This document shows, piece by piece, positions 58,535 through 64,000 of a DNA stretch of 64,000 bases. The notes under the pieces are model-generated. The model saw only the letters and a list, made by a program, of their open reading frames with translations. It ran no database searches and was not told where the DNA came from. A program made the translations under genes and the position numbers. The DNA comes from Dehalococcoidia bacterium (GTDB taxonomy: Bacteria; Chloroflexota; Dehalococcoidia; Bin125), in the NCBI GenBank assembly GCA_965247775.1, contig OZ252031.1, positions 1,621,496 to 1,685,495 on the forward strand, in the 5' to 3' direction. Numbering within the stretch: the stretch's first letter is position 1; the number at the start of each line of letters is the position of its first letter.

Positions 58535-59131
58535 TTATTGCAACTCGACCAGCTCGATCTCGAAGGTCAACGCCTCACCCGCGAGCCGGTGGGGATTCTG
58601 GATGCGGACGACGTCGCCGTTCACTTCGAGGACCATGCCGGTCCCGCCCCCAAGCTGCACCTCCTGCCCTTGCGCGATCCCCGGCGGGGCCTGCGCGCGC
58701 GGGAACTCCAGGACAGCCTCGCCGTAGGCTTCGTCGGGCGGGATGCGCGTGGTGACCGTTTCGCCCAGACGCAGGCCGCGCACGGCGTCGTCGAAGCCGG
58801 GGATGACCTGGCCGGTCCCGAGCGTGAAGCGCAGCGGCTGGCCGCGGTCGCGGTTGGAGTCGAACACCTCCCCGTTGTCCAAGGTCCCGTGGTAGAGGAC
58901 GCCCACCGCATCCCCGTCGGCGGCAGCGGGGCCGCCGGCCGGCTCGGCGGGGGCGGGATTCTGGACCGACACGCTGTCGCCGTCCGTCCGGGTGTCCGCT
59001 TCGTCGGCGGGGATGGTGGCGGCGGCGGGCCCTTCATCGCCACCACCACCGCAGGCAGCCGCGACGAGGGCCAGAGCGAGCAAGCCGAGCAGGGCGAAGG
59101 CGACGCGGGAACGGAGGGTGGGCGGGGGCAT
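58535..59131 (-). CDS. FKBP-type peptidyl-prolyl cis-trans isomerase lipoprotein
   Basis: Signal peptide with lipobox LVAAACGGG, acidic linker, FKBP domain (VLYHGTLDNGEVFDSN...LGTGQVIPGFDDAV...). Confidence 0.8.
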   Translation of the reverse strand: MPPPTLRSRVAFALLGLLALALVAAACGGGGDEGPAAATIPADEADTRTDGDSVSVQNPAPAEPAGGPAAADGDAVGVLYHGTLDNGEVFDSNRDRGQPLRFTLGTGQVIPGFDDAVRGLRLGETVTTRIPPDEAYGEAVLEFPRAQAPPGIAQGQEVQLGGGTGMVLEVNGDVVRIQNPHRLAGEALTFEIELVELQ

Positions 59132-59236
59132 GAGCGCGCCTCACTCGGCTGAGCCCGGCGAGCGCCGAGTCCCCGGAGTGTAGCCGTCGGGGTGGTGTGC
59201 GATTCCGATGGAGGCGTCCTTACGACCAGCGGGACT

Positions 59237-60346
59237 CTAGGACGGCACCGGTCCTCCGGTGCCCAGTGATTCCTTGGGCGCCGTGGCCTCCAGGAGTTCT
59301 TGGTGGAGGCCGGGCGGCGGCTGCACATCGCGCAGGGCGGGAATGATCTCCTCAGCGGTCAGGCGGATAGAGCGCATCACGGTTTCGTGCTCGATGCCGC
59401 CCAGCATCATCCACTGGCTGACGTGCGTCACACCGGCCGCGGCCATATCGGTGAACTTGCGACGGACGCTGTCGGGGCTGCCGTAGAAGAGCGCGTTGAA
59501 GAACTGCTCTTCGCCGGCCTCGCCGGGGAAGGGGTCGGCCTGCACCAATCCATCGACCACGGTCTGCCCGTTCAGCGAGCGGTTGGCGCGCATCTGCCAG
59601 CGCGGCCGGTGGATGTGCGCGCGGGCGGCTTCGTCGGAGTCGGCCACGATCGACATCGCCTGCAGACCTAGCTGAAAGCCGTCGAGCGGCTTGCCCAGCT
59701 CCCGGCGGGCGTGGGCCCACATGGCCGAGGCCCCCAGCATGCCTTGCGGTCCGCGGAAGCCCGTCGTGAAGAGGGCCATGTCGCGCTCGGCCGCGGCGCG
59801 GATGGTGTCGTCGCTGGTCCCGGCGGTCCAGAGCGGCGGATGCGGCTTCTGGCGCGGCTTGGGCCAGACGACGGTGGGGCTCTCGATCTTGATGTACTGC
59901 CCGTCGTAGGTGAAGGACGTGTCCTCGGTCCAGGCCTTGATCAGGACATCCAGGCTCTCTTCGAAGCGGGTCCGGGTTTCCTCCATGGGGATGCCGAAGC
60001 GCGCCATCTCGTGCGGCTGGTAGCCGCGACCGACGCCGCAGATGAAGCGGCCATCGCAGAGGTTGTCCAGCACCGCCACCTCTTCTGCCAGCCGCAGCGG
60101 CTGCCAGACCGGCAGCACCAGCACCCCCGTCGCGATCTGGATGCGCTCGGTCTGTTGGGCGATGTGCGTCGCCTGCAGGAGTGGGGCGGGCGAGTTGCCG
60201 TAGTTGGAGAAATGGTGCTCGGCGATGAGGACGAAGTCGTAGCCCATCTCCTCGGCGAACTGGATCTGCTCCATCCCCTGGTCGAAGAGGCGCCGCCAGT
60301 CGCCGTTGGAGGGGTTGGGCCACTCGTAGAAGACGCCGAACTTCAT
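59237..60346 (-). CDS. LLM class flavin-dependent oxidoreductase
   Basis: MKFGVFYEW ... luciferase-like TIM barrel; start at M8. Confidence 0.75.
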   Translation of the reverse strand: MKFGVFYEWPNPSNGDWRRLFDQGMEQIQFAEEMGYDFVLIAEHHFSNYGNSPAPLLQATHIAQQTERIQIATGVLVLPVWQPLRLAEEVAVLDNLCDGRFICGVGRGYQPHEMARFGIPMEETRTRFEESLDVLIKAWTEDTSFTYDGQYIKIESPTVVWPKPRQKPHPPLWTAGTSDDTIRAAAERDMALFTTGFRGPQGMLGASAMWAHARRELGKPLDGFQLGLQAMSIVADSDEAARAHIHRPRWQMRANRSLNGQTVVDGLVQADPFPGEAGEEQFFNALFYGSPDSVRRKFTDMAAAGVTHVSQWMMLGGIEHETVMRSIRLTAEEIIPALRDVQPPPGLHQELLEATAPKESLGTGGPVPS

Positions 60347-60459
60347 CGTCACCTCCCGGCCTGGCAAAGTGCCTATCGCGGCTTTGCCGGCGCGTCTACC
60401 CTAACGCGGCTCGCGGCTGAGGCCGGAACAGCGCGCGAGAGGTGACAAAGGAGGCGCAG

Positions 60460-61209
60460 ATGACAGACGGAAACGGCCAGCGCACGGCGCTTGTCACGGG
60501 CGGATCGCGGGGCATCGGCCTGGCCATCAGCCAACGGCTGCGGGCCGACGGCTACGCGGTGACACCGGCCGACGTGAACCCCCGCGCGCTGGGCCGCCTG
60601 GAGGGCTTGGTCACCGAGCACGGGGACCTCTTCAGCCCCGCCCAGGTGGACATCAGCAATCCCGAGCAGATCCAGGGCGCGATCCGGCAGATCGTCGATC
60701 GCTGGGGGCGGCTGGACGTCCTGGTCAACAACGCCGGCCGCAACCGCGGCGGTGGTGTCTTCGACACCTCCCCGGACGATTGGGACTGGGTGCTGGACAC
60801 CAACCTGAAGGGGAGCTTCCTCTGCGCCAAGTACGCCGCCGAGCAGATGCGAACCCAGGGCAGCGGCAGCATCATTAGCATCAGCTCCACCTCCGCCGGC
60901 GGGTTCGACCCCAACGCCGCCTACAGCGCCTCCAAAGCGGGGGTGATCGGGCTCACCCGATCGCTGGCGCGGGAGCTGGGGCCGCTGGGCGTGCGCGTCA
61001 ACGCCATCGCGCCGGGCGTGATTGAGACGGACTGGGTCAAGCACAACCTGCCGCCGGAGTTCCTGGAGGAGGAACGCGCGATCACCCCGATGGGGCGCAA
61101 CGGGGAGCCGGAGGACATCGCGGACGTGATCGCCTTCCTGGCCTCGGACGACGCGCGACACGTGACCGGCCAGGTGATCTGCGTCTCCGGCGGTCGCTGG
61201 ATGCGCTGA
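60460..61209 (+). CDS. SDR family oxidoreductase (FabG-like)
   Basis: TGGSRGIG cofactor motif, NNAG, catalytic S...YSASK. Confidence 0.85.
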   Translation: MTDGNGQRTALVTGGSRGIGLAISQRLRADGYAVTPADVNPRALGRLEGLVTEHGDLFSPAQVDISNPEQIQGAIRQIVDRWGRLDVLVNNAGRNRGGGVFDTSPDDWDWVLDTNLKGSFLCAKYAAEQMRTQGSGSIISISSTSAGGFDPNAAYSASKAGVIGLTRSLARELGPLGVRVNAIAPGVIETDWVKHNLPPEFLEEERAITPMGRNGEPEDIADVIAFLASDDARHVTGQVICVSGGRWMR

Positions 61210-61380
61210 GCAGCGCGGTGGAGGCCGGGCGCTGCGGCTCTTGCGGTTGGGCCCGTCTGGTGGGGGCCGCGCGTGGGTTGCGCTTTCTGCGCTGCGGCCG
61301 CTCAGCGGGCGAGGCCCACTACGCGCGCTGCCCTGCGCTGCCCGCGGGCGAGGACTGAGGAGGACCGCGTGCGGGGCAGT

Positions 61381-62550
61381 ATGGACCGGATCCGCACGAC
61401 GCACGTGGGCAGCCTGCCGCGGCCACCGGCGCTGCTGGCGATGCTGCGGGACAAGAACGCCGGCCGGGCGGTGGACCGGTCCGCCTTCGAGGCGGGCGTC
61501 GCGGCCGCCGTCCGCGAGGTCGTCGCCCGGCAGCAGGCCGCTGGTCTGGACGCGATCAACGACGGGGAGCAGGGGCGTGTGGACTACACGGTGTACGTCG
61601 CGGATCGCCTCAGCGGCCTCAGCGGCGAGTCCACGCCCCTGGCCCAGCCGGTGCCGGAGTTCCCCGAATGGGAGGAGATGGCGCGGTCGTTGATCCCGCC
61701 GAATCTGCGGCACCCCGCCTGCGACGGCCCCCTGGCCTGGCGAGACTTCGCGGCCGTGGAGCGGGACATCGGCCAGCTCATGCGCGCCGCGGCGGCGGCC
61801 GGCGCCGAGGACGAACTGTTCATCACGGCCGTGTCGCCGGGGCAGATCGCGCGCTTCCTGGAGAACCAGTACTACCCCGACGAAGACGCCTACCTGGAGG
61901 CGCTGGCGGGGGTCATGCGGCGCGAGTACGAGGCCATCGCGGCGGCCGGCGTGATCGTGCAGCTGGACTGCCCCGACCTGGCCTTCGGCTACCAGTATGG
62001 CCACGCCGGACGCTCGTTGGATGCGTTCCGCCGCGTCGTGGCGCGACACGTGGAGGTACTGAACGCGGCGACGGCCAACATCCCGCCGGAACGGCTGCGC
62101 ATGCACGTGTGCTGGAGCAGCACGAGCGGTCCGCATCACGGGGACATCGAGTTGCGGGAGATCGCGGCGGAGATCGTCAAGGCGCGGCCGCAGGCCCTCG
62201 CGATTGCGGGGGCGAACCCGCGCCACGAACACGAATGGCGGGTGTGGCGCGAGGTCCCCTTGCCCGACGACAAGCTCCTCATCCCGGGCGTGATTGATAC
62301 GACCACCAACTTCATCGAGCATCCGGAGGTCGTGGCGGACCGAATCGAGCGCTACGCGTCCGTGGTGGGGCGGGAGCGCGTGATCGCGGGCGGGGACTGC
62401 GGCTTCGGCACCTTCGCGGATCGGGTGCAGGTGGACCGCGAGATCGTGTGGCGCAAGCTGGCGTCCCTGGTGGCGGGGGCGCGCCTGGCCTCGGATCGGC
62501 TCTGGAGTTCGCGCCGACGGCGCCCGGATCAGGGCAGCCCCCGAGGCTGA
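61381..62550 (+). CDS. Cobalamin-independent methionine synthase (MetE C-terminal-domain-like, UroD/MetE superfamily) protein
   Basis: THVGSLPRP start, conserved His/Cys/Glu zinc-site regions (HVCWS..., GGDCGFG). Confidence 0.75.
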   Translation: MDRIRTTHVGSLPRPPALLAMLRDKNAGRAVDRSAFEAGVAAAVREVVARQQAAGLDAINDGEQGRVDYTVYVADRLSGLSGESTPLAQPVPEFPEWEEMARSLIPPNLRHPACDGPLAWRDFAAVERDIGQLMRAAAAAGAEDELFITAVSPGQIARFLENQYYPDEDAYLEALAGVMRREYEAIAAAGVIVQLDCPDLAFGYQYGHAGRSLDAFRRVVARHVEVLNAATANIPPERLRMHVCWSSTSGPHHGDIELREIAAEIVKARPQALAIAGANPRHEHEWRVWREVPLPDDKLLIPGVIDTTTNFIEHPEVVADRIERYASVVGRERVIAGGDCGFGTFADRVQVDREIVWRKLASLVAGARLASDRLWSSRRRRPDQGSPRG

Positions 62551-62555
62551 GGATC

Positions 62556-62810
62556 ATGGCGGGGGGAAGCTTCAGCCGCCGCTTGCTGGAAGACCGGCCC
62601 TGGCCGCAGCGGGCGGCGCTCACCCTGCGCCTGGTGGACGGGCTCAGCGTGGGCGAGGTGGCCGAGCGGATGCCGATCAACCCGAGCTTGGTGCGGCGCA
62701 TCCCGCGGCAGGGCTTGCTGCGGATCCGCCGGGGGCTGGCAAGCGCCTCGGCGGCAGCGGCGCGCGATCAGGGCGGCGGGCGCAGCGCGGGGACGGCGCG
62801 ATCCGGACTA
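62556..62810 (+). other. Sigma-70 region-4-like HTH remnant (possible pseudogene fragment)
   Basis: LTLRLVDGLSVGEVAERMPI...LLRIRRGL resembles ECF sigma region 4; no region 2 upstream; the frame stays open, antisense to ilvD, to the window end. Confidence 0.25.
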
Positions 62811-64000
62811 GCCGGTGACTGCGCCGCGCTCGGCGCCGGAGACGAGACGGGCGTATTTGGCGAAAACACCGCTGCGGTAGTTGGGCGCGGGCGGCGCCCA
62901 GCCGGCGAGGCGGCGCTGCAGCTCCTCTTCGGGGATCTCCAGGTCGAGGCGGCGGTTGGGGATGTCGAAAAGGATGCTGTCGCCGTCGTGGACGGCGGCG
63001 ATGGGGCCGCCGCTGGCGGCCTCCGGCGCGACGTGCCCGGCCATGAGGCCGCGGGTCGCGCCGCTGAAGCGGCCGTCGGTGAGGAGGGCGACGGATTCGC
63101 CCAGCCCGACGCCGACGATGGCGGCGGTGACGCCGAGCATCTCCCGCATGCCGGGGCCGCCTTTCGGTCCTTCGTTGCGGATGACGACGACATCGTCCTC
63201 GCGGATGGCGCCGTTGGAGACGGCGGCGAAGGCGTCTTCCTCGCGCTCGAAGACGCGGGCGGGGCCGCGATGGGTCAGGCGCTCGTGGCCGGCGACCTTG
63301 ATCACGCAGCCCTCGGGGGCGAGGGAGCCGCGCAGGATGACGAGGCCGCCGGTGGCTTTGAGGGCTTTGTCGACGGGGAGGATGACGTCCTGGCCGGGGG
63401 TTTCGATGGCGGCGGCGGCTTCCTGGGCGATGGTCTGGCCGGTCACGGTGAGGGCGTCGCCGTGGAGCTTGCCGGCCTCGAGGAGGCGCTTGGCCAGGAG
63501 GGGGGTGCCGCCGGCGCGGTCCATGTCCAGGGCGACGTAGCGCCCGCCGGGACGGAGGTCGCCGATGATGGGGGTGGCCTCGCTGATGCGGTCGAAGTCA
63601 TCGATTTCGAGGTCGAGGCCGGCCTCGGCGGCGATGGCGAGGAGGTGGAGCACGACGTTGGTGGAGCCGCCGGTGGAGGCGGCGCAGACGATGCCGTTCT
63701 CCAAGGCCTGGCGGGTGATGAGGTCGCGCGGGCGGCGCCCTTCGCGCAGGACCTCCATGACCAGCTGCCCGGCCTGGCGCGCGATCTCGTCCTTGCGGGG
63801 GTCGATGGCGCCGACGCTGGCGCTCCCCATGGGGGAGATGCCGAGGAACTCCAGGGTGGTGGCCATCGTGTTGGCGGTGTACTGGGCGCCGCAGGCGCCG
63901 GCCCCGGGACAGGCGACGTCCTCCAGGGCGACGAGTTCGTCCACGCTGATGGCGCCGGCGGCCTCCTGGCCCACGGCCTCGAAGACGTCCTGGATGGTGA
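62808..64000 (-). CDS. ilvD: Dihydroxy-acid dehydratase IlvD (3' portion; N-terminus beyond the window)
   Basis: IlvD/EDD family blocks (CPGAGACGAQYTANTM, GGSTNVVLHL, DGRFSGAT). Confidence 0.9.
   Translation of the reverse strand, partial: TIQDVFEAVGQEAAGAISVDELVALEDVACPGAGACGAQYTANTMATTLEFLGISPMGSASVGAIDPRKDEIARQAGQLVMEVLREGRRPRDLITRQALENGIVCAASTGGSTNVVLHLLAIAAEAGLDLEIDDFDRISEATPIIGDLRPGGRYVALDMDRAGGTPLLAKRLLEAGKLHGDALTVTGQTIAQEAAAAIETPGQDVILPVDKALKATGGLVILRGSLAPEGCVIKVAGHERLTHRGPARVFEREEDAFAAVSNGAIREDDVVVIRNEGPKGGPGMREMLGVTAAIVGVGLGESVALLTDGRFSGATRGLMAGHVAPEAASGGPIAAVHDGDSILFDIPNRRLDLEIPEEELQRRLAGWAPPAPNYRSGVFAKYARLVSGAERGAVTG

Noticed and set aside
61210-61380. 170-nt GC-rich leader upstream of the MetE-like gene as a possible SAM or cobalamin riboswitch
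   Set aside because: I could not find the B12 box (GCCACTG-like within the AAGGGAA context) or the SAM-I GGAGGGA / kink-turn signatures; only repetitive GCGCTGCGG elements are present. Needs an Rfam scan before any claim

Overview
This is a high-GC (~68-70% by eye) bacterial chromosomal segment. Its 16S rRNA and gene content fit Chloroflexota, most like a Thermomicrobia organism; that assignment is inference. Nearly everything is housekeeping and is densely packed. From left to right the window holds hisH-hisA (partial), NAD-dependent DNA ligase ligA and a crotonase. Next comes a tightly coupled rod-shape module, mreB-mreC-mreD-mrdA-rodA. Converging on it from the other strand are clpC and rpsA, and beyond them sits an IS1595-family transposase. 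On the minus strand a co-directional block follows: a split methylmalonyl-CoA mutase (large subunit, B12 subunit, meaB) with a DinB-like gene between the subunits, then a DUF2344 protein, a histidine phosphatase, an FtsB-like protein and tilS. This block leads into an rRNA locus containing 16S, tRNA-Ile, tRNA-Ala and 5S but no 23S. Further right are uvrC, xerD, eno, gap, ffh-rpsP-KH-rimM, two tRNA islands (Met/Val/Leu/Arg and Trp/Leu/Gly/Cys/Leu), three RidA paralogs, an FG-GAP repeat lipoprotein with an apparent frameshift, a thiolase and CoA-transferases. The right end carries an enolase-superfamily racemase, two luciferase-like oxidoreductases, an SDR, a MetE-like protein and the 3' part of ilvD. 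The most unusual structure is a 2982-bp unit (14290..17271). It is bounded by perfect 23-bp inverted repeats and an 8-bp direct repeat (AACCGGGG). It carries the IS1595-type transposase plus three lower-GC cargo genes of unknown function. It sits 110 bp downstream of the 5S rRNA gene. A second point of interest is a translationally coupled trio (DinB-like plus two unknowns) between eno and gap. No CRISPR array or recognisable defence system was seen. Start sites were refined by SD spacing or ORF logic where possible. All family assignments rest on motif recognition, not database searches.
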